Shown here: positions 45,215 to 54,421 of the stretch, piece by piece
Layout of the letters: each line of letters opens with the position of its first letter
Position numbering within the stretch: position 1 is the stretch's first letter
From: an uncultured Acidobacteriota bacterium
Lineage (GTDB): Bacteria > Acidobacteriota > Thermoanaerobaculia > Multivoradales > JBCCEF01
Reading direction: 5' to 3'
Length of the DNA stretch: 64,000 bases
NCBI GenBank assembly: GCA_963730155.1
Contig: CAVSQV010000002.1
Location: 960,944 to 1,024,943 of the forward strand
The notes under the pieces: model-generated
Database searches by the model: none
Told to the model about the DNA's origin: nothing
What the model saw: the letters and a program-made list of their open reading frames with translations, nothing else
Made by a program: the position numbers and the translations under genes

Positions 45215-46410
45215 CGGCGGCGCCTCCCGAGGCCGTCGATCAGGCCGGCGAGGAAGTCGCGGCCGTCGCGGGCGGCGGTTTCCCCGCTCGTGAGATCGGC
45301 GTCCGCGAGCGCGGCGCGCGCCGCGGCGAGCCGCTCGTCGATCATCGCGCGCACCCGCTCGAGGGCGCCCGAGTCGCGGATCAGGGCCACCGCCTCGGCG
45401 GCGGCCCCGGGAGCCGGGTCGCGCCGGCCGAGGGCGGCGCGCACCGCCGCGGCGCCGTCGTGGTCTTCGCCGTCGAGGCGCTCCAGCGCCAGGTGGACCA
45501 GCCAGGTGTACTTCCCCTCGGCGAGGTCGCCGCCGACCGGCTTGCCCACGGTGTCGGCGTCGCCGAAGAGGCCGAGGACGTCGTCCTGGAGCTGGAACGC
45601 CTCGCCCAGGGCGACGCCGTAGCGGGCGAGCGCGGCGCGGGTCGCCGCCGGCGCGCCGGCGAGCGCCGCCCCCAGCTCGATCGGCCGCTCGACGCTGTAG
45701 CGGCCCGACTTCAGGCGGAGGACGCGCGAGAGGTCGCGCTCGTCGCCGGCGCGCTCCTCGGCCAGCCGCAGCTCGAGGAGCTGGCCGCCGATCACCTCGG
45801 CGCTCATCGCCGACAAGATCCGCCGCAGCTCGCCGCCGGTCTCGCCGGGGCGGCCGGCGGCGGCCTCGCCAAAGAGTTCGACCGCCCAGGCGTGCGCGAG
45901 GTCGCCGGCCAGGATCGCCGCCGAGCGGCCGAAGTCGGCGGCGTCGCCGCGCCAGCCGCGGGCGCGGTGCTCGGCCGCGAAGCGCTCGTGGACCGCCGGC
46001 CGGCCGCGGCGGACCGCGGCGTGGTCCATGACGTCGTCGTGGACCAGGAGATAGGTGTGGAACAGCTCGGCGGCGATGCCGAGCCGGAGCGCGGTCTCGG
46101 GATCGCGGCCGCCGCAGGCGAGGTGGGTGAAGTGGACGAGTGCCGGGCGCAGCCGCTTGCCGCCGGCCCCGGCGAGGTCGGCGAGGGCGTCGGCGAGCGG
46201 CAGCACCTCGGGCAGCTCGGCACGGGCGGTGGCGCGGCGATCGGCGAGCCAGGCGGTGAGCCCGCTCTCGAAGCGCGAGCGGAAGGCCGCGAGGAGCGCC
46301 TCGAAACGATCGCCGACGTCCGCCTGATAGGCGGCTCCCGGCGTCCTCTGGTGCGCCCTCGGCGCGGTCTGGACTGGCATCGACTCCCTCGTTCGGAAAA
46401 CCCACTTCAC
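45211..46410 (-). CDS. Polyprenyl diphosphate synthase (FPP/GGPP synthase family)
   Basis: [18 protein letters not shown] (first DDxxD), [20 protein letters not shown] (second DDxxD). The start may be the internal ATG at 46380. Confidence 0.85.
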   Translation of the reverse strand: MKWVFRTRESMPVQTAPRAHQRTPGAAYQADVGDRFEALLAAFRSRFESGLTAWLADRRATARAELPEVLPLADALADLAGAGGKRLRPALVHFTHLACGGRDPETALRLGIAAELFHTYLLVHDDVMDHAAVRRGRPAVHERFAAEHRARGWRGDAADFGRSAAILAGDLAHAWAVELFGEAAAGRPGETGGELRRILSAMSAEVIGGQLLELRLAEERAGDERDLSRVLRLKSGRYSVERPIELGAALAGAPAATRAALARYGVALGEAFQLQDDVLGLFGDADTVGKPVGGDLAEGKYTWLVHLALERLDGEDHDGAAAVRAALGRRDPAPGAAAEAVALIRDSGALERVRAMIDERLAAARAALADADLTSGETAARDGRDFLAGLIDGLGRRRR

Positions 46411-46485
46411 GATGGGCCGGTCTCGTACGCTCGATCACCGCCGGTGGCGGCGGCGCGCACGGAACGAGCGGCCCGCGGGCCTGGA

Positions 46486-46794
46486 TCAGCCCTCGTGGGT
46501 CTTCGAACGGGGGAGCTGCTGGGGAATGCGGCCGCGGCCGCAGGGGGTGGCGTTGCGCTCGGCCAGGACCGGCCGCGCGAGCGTCATCCGGGTCGAGGTG
46601 GGGAGGATCTTGACCTTCTGGAAGCGCGACAGCAGCCGGTCCGCCATCGCCACCGCGGGCTGCAGGAACTCCGGCAGCCGGGTGAGGACGAACGTCTTGG
46701 CGAAGTTGCGGGCGATCAGGATCACTGGGCGTTCTCGCGCTTCGGGTCTCTCGTACTGCTCCTGCGTGCATCCGGCCCTTCGCCGGTGGGGCAC
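46486..46794 (-). CDS. Hypothetical small protein (weak call)
   Basis: Only ORF with non-degenerate composition in the 470-bp gap between the polyprenyl synthase and rimO ([47 protein letters not shown]). No family recognised and start unclear. Confidence 0.3.
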   Translation of the reverse strand: MPHRRRAGCTQEQYERPEARERPVILIARNFAKTFVLTRLPEFLQPAVAMADRLLSRFQKVKILPTSTRMTLARPVLAERNATPCGRGRIPQQLPRSKTHEG

Positions 46795-46885
46795 GGTCGG
46801 ATGCGCCGAAGTCTATATCAGTTCGTCCCGCCGGCGTCGATTCCCGGCACCGGGCCGGCGCCGGCGATCGGCTAGACTCCGCGGG

Positions 46886-48358
46886 ATGGAACGTGGAACC
46901 CGCCCCGGCCGCGTGGGCATGATCAGCCTCGGCTGCCCGAAGAACCTCGTCGACACCGAGATGATGCTCGGCGAGCTGGAGCGCCGGGGCTACCGCATCG
47001 TCGACGACGCCGGCGAGGCCGACACGGTGATCGTCAACACCTGCGGCTTCATCGAGGAGGCCAAGCAGGAGTCGATCGACACCATCCTCGAGCTGGCCGC
47101 GGGCAAGCGCGAGAGCGGCCGAGCGCCTCCTGGTCGCCGGCTGCATGGTCAACCGCTACGGCCGCGAGCTGCCGCAGTCGATCCCCGAGATCGACGGCTT
47201 CGTCGGGCTCGACCAGCTCCGCGAGGTCGGCGACCTGGTCGCCGCCGCCACGGGCGAGGCGTTGCGCAGGCAGGCGGCGACGACAAGCTGGTCCGGCTCG
47301 GCGGCCCGCCGCTGCCGGCGCCGTCGCACATGGTCTTCGACCACACCGCGCCGCGGCGGCTGACCACCCGCGGCTACGCGCTACCTCAAGGTCGCCGAGG
47401 GGTGCAACAACCCCTGCACCTTCTGCGCCATCCCGAAGTGGCGCGGCACGCTTCCGCAGCCGCACGATCGACAGCCTGGTCGCCGAGGCGCGCGCGCTCG
47501 AGGAGCAGGGGCCCGAGGGACAGAAACTGGCCGAGCTGTACCTGATCGCCCAGGACACCACCCGCTACGGCGAGGACCTCGACCTCGGCCGCCACGGCCT
47601 GGTGCGGCTCGTCGAGGCGCTGCTCGCCGGCACCGACGTTCCCCTGGATCCGCTTCCTCTACGCCTACCCGACCACGCTCGACCGCGACCTCCTGCGACC
47701 TGATGGGGAGCGAGGAGCGCTTCGTCTCCTACCTCGACATGCCGCTCCAGCACAGCCATCCGCGAGATGCTCAAGTCGATGCGCCGCGGCGGCGACGCCG
47801 GGCGCTACCTGCGCCAGCTCGAGCGAGGCGCGCCGAGCTGGCGCCCGACGTCTTCCTGCGCACCACCTTCATCGTCGGCTTCCCCGGCGAGACCGACGAG
47901 CACTTCGAGCACCTCGTCGACTTCGTGCGCGAGGCGCGCTTCGACCACCTCGGCGCCTTCGCCTACAGCGCCGAGCCGGGTACGCCGGCGGCCGAGTTGC
48001 CCGGCGCGGTGCCGCGGGCGGTGGCGCGCCGGCGCCACCGAGCGCCTCCTCGCGGTCCAGGAGCCGATCGCCCGCGCTCAGCGCGAGCGCCTGATCGGCC
48101 GGCGGATGCGGGCGCTCGTCGAAGGCGTCCGCGAGGAGACCGAGCACCTGCTGGTCAGGCCGCCACCATGGCCAGGCGCCGGAGATCGACGGCCGCATCC
48201 TGATCAACGACGGAACCGCGCCTGCCGGGACGCTGGTCGAGGTCGAGATCACCGACGCCTACGCCGACGACCTGGTCGGCCGAGTGGTCGGCCCGGCGGG
48301 GGTAGCCGGGGTCGTGCCGGCGCCGCCGCGCGAGGCGGTCGAGGCCGCCGCCGGCTGA
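46886..48358 (+). pseudogene. rimO: Ribosomal protein S12 methylthiotransferase RimO, about ten frame disruptions
   Basis: ATG at 46886, TGA at 48356-48358. Pieces over three frames: [20 protein letters not shown]...[62 protein letters not shown] (radical SAM CxxxCxxC), [71 protein letters not shown]...[16 protein letters not shown] (TRAM). Confidence 0.8.
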
Positions 48359-48363
48359 CCGCG

Positions 48364-49335
48364 ATGCTGGTCGTCCACGACGCCTACCACGCCGGCGACC
48401 TGCCGCGCGGCGGGGTCGGCGCGATCGGCAACTTCGACGGCGTCCACCGCGGCCAGCGCGCGCTGCTCGACCGGGTCGTCGAGCGGGCGGGGGCGACCGG
48501 GCTGACGCCGATGGCGGTCACTTTCGAGCCCCACCCGCTCGACGTGCTGCGCCCGGCCGAGGCGCCGCCGCGGCTGACCTCGCCCGAGCACAAGCTCGAG
48601 CTGCTCGAGGCGGCGGGGATCGAGGCGGCGCTGGTGGTCGCCTTCACCCACGACCTGGCGCGCACCCCGGCCGCGACCTTCGCGCGCGAGCTGCTGCACA
48701 AGGGCCTCGGCCTCTCCGAGCTCTACGTCGGCCCCGGCTTCGTCTTCGGGCACCGCCGCGAGGGGGACCTCGACCTCCTGCAGCGGCTCGGCGGCGAGCT
48801 GGGCTTCGCCGCCGCCGAGGTCGAGGCGGTGACCTTCCGCGGCGAGCGGATCTCCTCGACCCGGGTGCGCCGGGCGCTCGGCGAAGGGAAGGTCGAGGAG
48901 GCGGCGGAGATGCTCGGCCGGCCGCACTCGGTGCGCGGCACCATCGCCCGCGGCGACCGCATGGGCCAGCGGCTCGGCTGGCCGACCGCCAACCTCGAGG
49001 GCGAGACCGAGCTGGTGCCGCTCGAGGGCGTCTACGCCACCCGCATCCGCTTCGAGGAGGCGGAGTTCGACTCGGTGACCAACGTCGGCACCCGGCCGAC
49101 GGTCTACGAGAACTACCGGCGGGTGGTCGAGAGCCACATCCTGGGCTTCGCCGGCGACGCCTACGGCCGCGCCGTCGAGCTGTCGTTCTACAAGCGGCTG
49201 CGCGAGGAACGGCTGTTTCCGAGCGTGATGGACCTGTCGGCCCAGATCGGCCGCGACGTCGAAGCGACGCGAGAATTTTTCGCCGCCCGGCGGCGGTTGG
49301 AGCAGGCGGTCCGGGCGGGGAGCCCGGACTCCTGA
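48364..49335 (+). CDS. ribF: Bifunctional riboflavin kinase / FMN adenylyltransferase
   Basis: ATG at 48364 (codon 200 of track ORF 47767..49335). IGNFDGVHRGQRALL, TFEPHP, and the kinase half GWPTANL...GVYATRI...ESHILGF. Confidence 0.9.
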   Translation: MLVVHDAYHAGDLPRGGVGAIGNFDGVHRGQRALLDRVVERAGATGLTPMAVTFEPHPLDVLRPAEAPPRLTSPEHKLELLEAAGIEAALVVAFTHDLARTPAATFARELLHKGLGLSELYVGPGFVFGHRREGDLDLLQRLGGELGFAAAEVEAVTFRGERISSTRVRRALGEGKVEEAAEMLGRPHSVRGTIARGDRMGQRLGWPTANLEGETELVPLEGVYATRIRFEEAEFDSVTNVGTRPTVYENYRRVVESHILGFAGDAYGRAVELSFYKRLREERLFPSVMDLSAQIGRDVEATREFFAARRRLEQAVRAGSPDS

Positions 49336-49387
49336 TCCGAATCCCTCTGCGATCCCAACGAATCCGAGTGCCAGGAGAGAGACCGAT

Positions 49388-49717
49388 ATGGCCAGCGACA
49401 AGATCGTCACCCTGACCCACGACAACTTCGACACCGAGGTGAAGTCCTCCGACGTCCCGGTGATGGTGGACTTCTGGGCCTCGTGGTGCGGCCCCTGCCG
49501 GATGGTCGCCCCGACCCTCGACCAGCTCGCCGAGGAGATGGCGGGCAAGGTGCGCATCGGCAAGCTCAACGTCGACGACCACCAGCAGCTCGCGATTCAG
49601 TACCAGGTCCAGAGCATCCCGACCTTCATCCTGTTCAAGGGCGGCCAGGTCGCCGACCGCATGATGGGCGCCATGCCCAAGGCCGCCTTCCAGAGCTTCC
49701 TCGACCGCAACCTCTGA
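49388..49717 (+). CDS. trxA: Thioredoxin
   Basis: 109 aa. VMVDFWASWCGPCRMVAP active site, IPTFILFKGG. Confidence 0.9.
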   Translation: MASDKIVTLTHDNFDTEVKSSDVPVMVDFWASWCGPCRMVAPTLDQLAEEMAGKVRIGKLNVDDHQQLAIQYQVQSIPTFILFKGGQVADRMMGAMPKAAFQSFLDRNL

Positions 49718-49718
49718 T

Positions 49719-50972
49719 TTGACCAGCGGAGCCGACGCCGCGGCCGCCCGCCGCGCGGCGCTCGAACGAGGCCTCGACGGCCTCGGCTGCGCCGCGCTGG
49801 CGGTGGTCGCGGCGTCCGCGTACGACCCCGACCTCGCCCCGTGGGCCGGCGCCGCTCACGTCGGCCGCGCGGTGCTGGCGCTGCCGCGAGAGGGCGCTCC
49901 GCGGCTCGCCTACGCGACGCCCATGGAGCGCGACGAGGCGGCGGCGACCGGCCTGCCGCTGGTCGCCCCCGAGGCGCTCGGGCTCCCCGAGCTGGCGCGG
50001 AACGGCGCCGGCGAGGACGCCGAGCTGGCGGTCAAGCTCCGCGGCGCGCTCGGCGCCGCCGGCATCGCCCCGGGGCGGGTGGCGCTGACCGGCCGGGTGT
50101 CCGCCGGCATCCTCCACGCCGCCTGCCGCGTGCTCGAGGCGGAGGGCTGGCGCTTCGTCCCCGGCGAGCAGCTCGGCCGGCTGCTGCGCAAGCCGAAGAG
50201 CGCCGCCGATCTTGCCGCGATCCGCCGCGCCGCGGACGGTGCCGTCGCCGCCCTGCGCCGGGTCGCGGGCCTCCTCGCGGCGGCGGTGCCGGCTCACGAA
50301 CGGGGCGGCGCCCTCGTCGCCGGCGGTGCACCGCTGACCGCCGGGCGCCTGCGCGGCGAGGCGGCGGCGGAGCTGTCCGCGCGCGGCCTCTCGATGCCCG
50401 AGGGGAGCATCGTCGCCGCCGGCGCCGAGGGGGCGGTGCCGCACAACCGCGGCGACGACATCCGCCGGATCGCTCCCGGCGAGTCGGTGGTGGTCGACCT
50501 CTTCCCGCGCGGCGCCCTGTTCGCCGACTGCACCCGCACCTTCTGCGCCGGCCCGCCGTCCCCGGCGCTCGCGGCCGCCCACGCCGCGGTCTGCGCGGCG
50601 CTCGACGCCGCGGCGGCGCACGCGGCGCCCGGCCTCCGCGCCTGGGACCTCCAGCTCGTCGCCTGCCGCGAGATCGGCGAGCGCGGCTGGCCCACTCCGG
50701 TCTCCGACCCCGGCACCCTGCGCGGCTACGTCCACAACCTCGGCCACGGCGTCGGGCACGAGCTGCACGAGCTGCCGTCGTTCCGCAAGGAGAGCGGCAT
50801 CGAGGGGATGCTCGATGCCGGCGACGTCTTCACCCTCGAGCCGGGGATCTACGAGCCCGAGGCGGGCTGGGCGGTGCGGGTCGAGGACCTTTGGTTTCTC
50901 GGCGCCGCTGGCCTGGAGCGCCTCACCGGGCTGCCGCGCGATCTCGACCCGCGGGCGTACGGCCCGGCGTAG
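49719..50972 (+). CDS. M24-family metallopeptidase (Xaa-Pro aminopeptidase-like)
   Basis: 417 aa. Pita-bread motifs VVVDLFPR...ADCTRTF, HNLGHGVGHELHELP, FTLEPGIYEP...VRVEDL. Confidence 0.8.
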   Translation: MTSGADAAAARRAALERGLDGLGCAALAVVAASAYDPDLAPWAGAAHVGRAVLALPREGAPRLAYATPMERDEAAATGLPLVAPEALGLPELARNGAGEDAELAVKLRGALGAAGIAPGRVALTGRVSAGILHAACRVLEAEGWRFVPGEQLGRLLRKPKSAADLAAIRRAADGAVAALRRVAGLLAAAVPAHERGGALVAGGAPLTAGRLRGEAAAELSARGLSMPEGSIVAAGAEGAVPHNRGDDIRRIAPGESVVVDLFPRGALFADCTRTFCAGPPSPALAAAHAAVCAALDAAAAHAAPGLRAWDLQLVACREIGERGWPTPVSDPGTLRGYVHNLGHGVGHELHELPSFRKESGIEGMLDAGDVFTLEPGIYEPEAGWAVRVEDLWFLGAAGLERLTGLPRDLDPRAYGPA

Positions 50973-50990
50973 GCCGCGCCAGGCCGGCGA

Positions 50991-51560
50991 TCAGGCCGCG
51001 GCCGCGGCCCGCCGCCCGCGGCGCAGCAGCCGCCGGGCCGCGATCCAGAGCAGCAGCACGACCAGTACGAACGCGGCCACCGGCACCACGATCGCGAGCA
51101 GCGCGAGCCCCGCCGAGGCGGCGGCCTCGCCGGTGGCGACCACCGGATTGCCGAAGCCCAGGGTGGTCAGCGACGAGAGCTGGCGCAGGCCGGTGGTCAG
51201 CCCCTGGAAGACCGTGGCGCTGCCGCCGCCGGCGAGGATCGCCAGCGTCCAGCGCACCACCGGGTCGACGTCGGTGAGCACCGCCGCGGTGAGCACCACC
51301 CCGGCGACGGTGGCGGCCGGGGTGGCGATCGCGTCGAGGGCGTTGTCGACCCACGGCACGTAGTAGGCGAGGATCTCGACCGCCGTCGCCACCGCGAAGA
51401 TCACCAGCGCCGTGGTCGAGCCGAGCCAGGCGAAGCCGCCAGTGACTTCGAGGTAGTCGAAGCGGTTGGCGAGGCCGACGATCAGGAGCGGGACGAAGAT
51501 GCGGAACCCGGCCGCCGAGCTGAGGCCGACGCCGAGCAGGACGCTGAGCAGGATCTCCAT
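50991..51560 (-). CDS. DUF4126-like integral membrane protein
   Basis: ATG at 51560 (codon 106 of track ORF 50991..51875). MEILLSVLLGVGLSSAAGFRIFVPLLIVGLA...LAYYVPWVDNALD. Multiple TM segments. Confidence 0.65.
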   Translation of the reverse strand: MEILLSVLLGVGLSSAAGFRIFVPLLIVGLANRFDYLEVTGGFAWLGSTTALVIFAVATAVEILAYYVPWVDNALDAIATPAATVAGVVLTAAVLTDVDPVVRWTLAILAGGGSATVFQGLTTGLRQLSSLTTLGFGNPVVATGEAAASAGLALLAIVVPVAAFVLVVLLLWIAARRLLRRGRRAAAAA

Positions 51561-51652
51561 GGTCGCACCTCCGAAGGGCGATTGTACGCAAGGAGCCGGC
51601 GGGCTGTTCCTCGGGATGCGGCCGCGGCCACGGAGGGACGGCCGCCGGGGCG

Positions 51653-54034
51653 TTACGGATCGAAGGTCAGGATCACCGGCTCGGCCTCCGAGGCGCCGTC
51701 GAGCGCGATGGCGCCGCCGGGTCTTCCCGCGACCGCCACCGTGGGCGTCACCGGAGCGGACGGATCGACGCCGGGAAGGGCGGCCTCGCCCCGGTCGTCC
51801 GTCCGTGGATAGAGGGAGGAGAGGTGCCGGGCTGCGAAGACGAACTGGTCGGGTCCGAGGTGGATGCCGTTCCACCCGAGCACCAGGGGGACCCGCGCCA
51901 CCGGCCGGCCCTCGGTGTCCTCGACGCGGACCACCAGGGGCGGGTCGGGAGCCGGGTCCAGCTCGATCTCGGCGGCGGCGGCGAAGGTCTCACCGGGCAG
52001 CGGCGAGATCGCGGCTCGCGGATGGAGGACGAGCGCGGTCCGTCCGCTCAGACAGCCGGACGGGAAGTCGACTCGGCCCTCGGGATCCGCGGCTCGCGAA
52101 CAGCGTCGATCCCACCGATCCTCGTCGAAGATCAGGACCGTGGCGCCCGTCAGCGGCGTACCGTCGCCGAGAGCGATCTTCGAGCCGCCTTCCTCGAGAT
52201 CCGGCATCAGCTCCAAGGTGGTCTGGAGGACCTCGCCCTCCGGCACCTCGACCTCGATCCCGGCCGGCCGGTAGCCCTCCGCGGAGGCGCCCAGGCGGAG
52301 GGTGCCCGCGGGCAGCGCTCGCAACCGAGCCTTGCCGTCGGCGCCGGTAGTCCCGCCGCTCGGGTGCGCGTCGCCGGGCTCCGCCCATCGCACTTCGCCG
52401 TGGGCAAAATGCAACTCCCGATCTGCGGGCCGGTAGCCGACGAAGGCCCGCTCGATCGGCTCGCCGGTGCTCCGGTCGCGGACCGTCACCTCGATCGTGC
52501 GCGGCGGCCCGAGGTCGAGATCGAGCCTTCCTTCGCCGATCAGGGTCGAGTCGAGGTGGAAGCCGCGGCAGGCACCGCCAGCATCGCATGCTCGCAGCGG
52601 CCGGTGGAACAGCCCGAGGCGCTCTTCCGACGGCCGCTCGAGCGCGCTCTCTTCGATACCCGCTGCGCGCAGGTCGTAGCGGTTCGCGGCGTTGCCGAAG
52701 TAGGTCAAGCGGTAGTAGCCGTCGTCGCCGGTGGGAAACCGGCGGGAGGGGCCGAGCCCGGGCTCGCCGATCACGACCGTTCCCGCCACCGGTTCGCCGT
52801 CGCGCAGCAGGTGACCGTAGATCTCGAGCTCCCACAGCGGCAGCGGCCCGAGCGGCTCGAACCCCGAGTCGTCGGCGCCGAGGTAGGGCCGGAGCGCGTG
52901 ACCGGCCCCGGGCACTCGCTCGTCGTCGATCCAGGCATCGATCTGGTACTGGCCCTCGTCCAGGGCGCGGAAGGTGTAGGTGCCGACCCCTGCCTCGAGC
53001 GCGAGCCGCTCGGGCAGCTCGAGGCACGCCCGGGCGTCGAGGCTCGGATCCACGGTGGTGCGATCGCCGCAGCGGTAGAGGCGGAGCTCCTCCGTGCGGT
53101 GCGGCCGCTTCGGCCGATAGTCGAGGGTGACCTCGAGACCGGGACGGCGCCGGAGCGCGACGGCGGCGAGCTCCCTCGCCTCGCCGGGCCGAGGCTCGAA
53201 CGTTCGCTGGGCGGTTCGAAGCAGCGGATGCTCGAGCCGGAGTCGAGCCTCGCGGCCGGCGGGAGCGCCGAGGAAGAACAGTGTCGCGCGGCCGGGCGAC
53301 CAGGCTGCGACGGTGGGAAGCAGCGTCGACAGCGGCCCGCCGCCGTCGCCGGTGAGCACCGCCATCAGCTCGGACCGGTCGACGTCTTCGGGCAGGGTGA
53401 TCGGCAGCAGCAGGTCTTGCAGGTCGCGCGGCGGTGGCGACGGCGCCTCGATCTCGAGGCGCTGGCCGGCGCCGCATCGGCTGGGTCTCGCGATCCCCTC
53501 GAGGCCGCGCGCTCCGACGCCGTAGGCCAGGAACCGGCCGGCCGGCACCCAGGCCGCGGGCCGCTCGCCGGGGAGGAGCGGGTAGGTGGCGCCGCGATCC
53601 AGCGAGACGACGTCGAGCCGCCGCAGGCGTCGGAAGTCCTCCCCTTCGCGAGCCGCGATCCGGCAGGCCGGCACCGCCGGCCACACCAGCCGGACCGCCC
53701 GTTCCTCGCCTTCGCGGACGGTGAGAACCCCGGCCGACGCGGTGACGAAGCCTGGCGCCTCGCCGATCCAGGTCCACTCACCCGGGGGAATCGCAAGCGG
53801 TTCGTTGAGCGGAGATCGCAGCGCGGGCGCATAGGTGCCCGTGCGGTAGAGGAGGATCTCCCCCTCGGTCAGGAAGGTCTCCGGGGTGATCCGATCCGCG
53901 GCGAACTCCGACTCCGGGACGAGATGGACGGTCAGCTCGACGGCGCCGGCCGGCGAGCCCACCAGCAGGAGCGGGACCAACAGGCCGCGCGCCGATCCTC
54001 CAAGGCGCCACGTACCCGAGCGCCGCGTCGTCAT
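51653..54034 (-). CDS. Large secreted protein with carboxypeptidase-regulatory-like beta-sandwich repeats
   Basis: ATG at 54034 (codon 103 of track ORF 51653..54340) overlaps the upstream small gene stop (ATGA). Signal-like LLVPLLLVGSPAGAVE. Repeated segments such as TVRDRSTGEPIERAFV, GGTTGADGKARLRALPAGTLRLGASAEGYRP and VEDTEGRPVARVPL. Function unknown. Confidence 0.6.
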   Translation of the reverse strand: MTTRRSGTWRLGGSARGLLVPLLLVGSPAGAVELTVHLVPESEFAADRITPETFLTEGEILLYRTGTYAPALRSPLNEPLAIPPGEWTWIGEAPGFVTASAGVLTVREGEERAVRLVWPAVPACRIAAREGEDFRRLRRLDVVSLDRGATYPLLPGERPAAWVPAGRFLAYGVGARGLEGIARPSRCGAGQRLEIEAPSPPPRDLQDLLLPITLPEDVDRSELMAVLTGDGGGPLSTLLPTVAAWSPGRATLFFLGAPAGREARLRLEHPLLRTAQRTFEPRPGEARELAAVALRRRPGLEVTLDYRPKRPHRTEELRLYRCGDRTTVDPSLDARACLELPERLALEAGVGTYTFRALDEGQYQIDAWIDDERVPGAGHALRPYLGADDSGFEPLGPLPLWELEIYGHLLRDGEPVAGTVVIGEPGLGPSRRFPTGDDGYYRLTYFGNAANRYDLRAAGIEESALERPSEERLGLFHRPLRACDAGGACRGFHLDSTLIGEGRLDLDLGPPRTIEVTVRDRSTGEPIERAFVGYRPADRELHFAHGEVRWAEPGDAHPSGGTTGADGKARLRALPAGTLRLGASAEGYRPAGIEVEVPEGEVLQTTLELMPDLEEGGSKIALGDGTPLTGATVLIFDEDRWDRRCSRAADPEGRVDFPSGCLSGRTALVLHPRAAISPLPGETFAAAAEIELDPAPDPPLVVRVEDTEGRPVARVPLVLGWNGIHLGPDQFVFAARHLSSLYPRTDDRGEAALPGVDPSAPVTPTVAVAGRPGGAIALDGASEAEPVILTFDP

Positions 54035-54327
54035 CCGCAGGGCCACCAGTTGCAGGCCATGTGACACGTATCGCCGGGGCTGGCCACGCACGCCTCGCAG
54101 CCCACCACGACGCTGCAGTCCGCATCCTGGATCAGGAGGGGGCGGATGCCTTCCGAGGGCGGCGGCGGAGGATGCGCGGCGCCCGCTCCGCCCGAATTCG
54201 CGCCGGGCACGAAGGCGGGGCGTCCCTCGGGCGCTGTGTCCCGGGTCTCGTTGACCGATGCGGAGGAGGCGCCGCCGACCAGGATTGCGAGCAGGACGGC
54301 CACGAACCGAAGACTCAGGGGCTGCAT
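54031..54327 (-). CDS. Small secreted Cys-rich protein (98 aa)
   Basis: GGGAGG RBS then ATG at 54327. Signal peptide MQPLSLRFVAVLLAILVGGASSASV. Pro/Gly linker. C-terminal CSVVVGCEACVASPGDTCHMACNWWPCG (6 Cys). Translationally coupled to the large secreted protein. Confidence 0.55.
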   Translation of the reverse strand: MQPLSLRFVAVLLAILVGGASSASVNETRDTAPEGRPAFVPGANSGGAGAAHPPPPPSEGIRPLLIQDADCSVVVGCEACVASPGDTCHMACNWWPCG

Positions 54328-54373
54328 GAAGACCTCCCAATTCTCGCCGGCATTGGACTGGCTAGCATGCAGA

Positions 54374-54403
54374 TATATTACATAACGACACTTCTCATTC
54401 ACA
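54374..54403 (-). promoter_or_regulatory. Candidate sigma70-type promoter for the small Cys-rich gene operon
   Basis: On the minus strand: TTGTGA (54403-54398), 18-nt spacer, TAATAT (54379-54374). It lies in an unusually AT-rich 80-bp gap, about 45 nt upstream of the ATG at 54327. Pattern match only. Confidence 0.25.
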
Positions 54404-54421
54404 AGTGCGCTGGGTTAGCCC

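Noticed and set aside
46411-46885. A 470-bp gap between the isoprenoid operon and rimO, screened for an ncRNA (RNase P, SRP, tmRNA, riboswitch).
   Set aside because: No conserved ncRNA core motifs were recognised by eye. The region is instead largely covered by a weak 102-codon minus-strand ORF. A covariance-model scan (Rfam/Infernal) would be needed to exclude an ncRNA.
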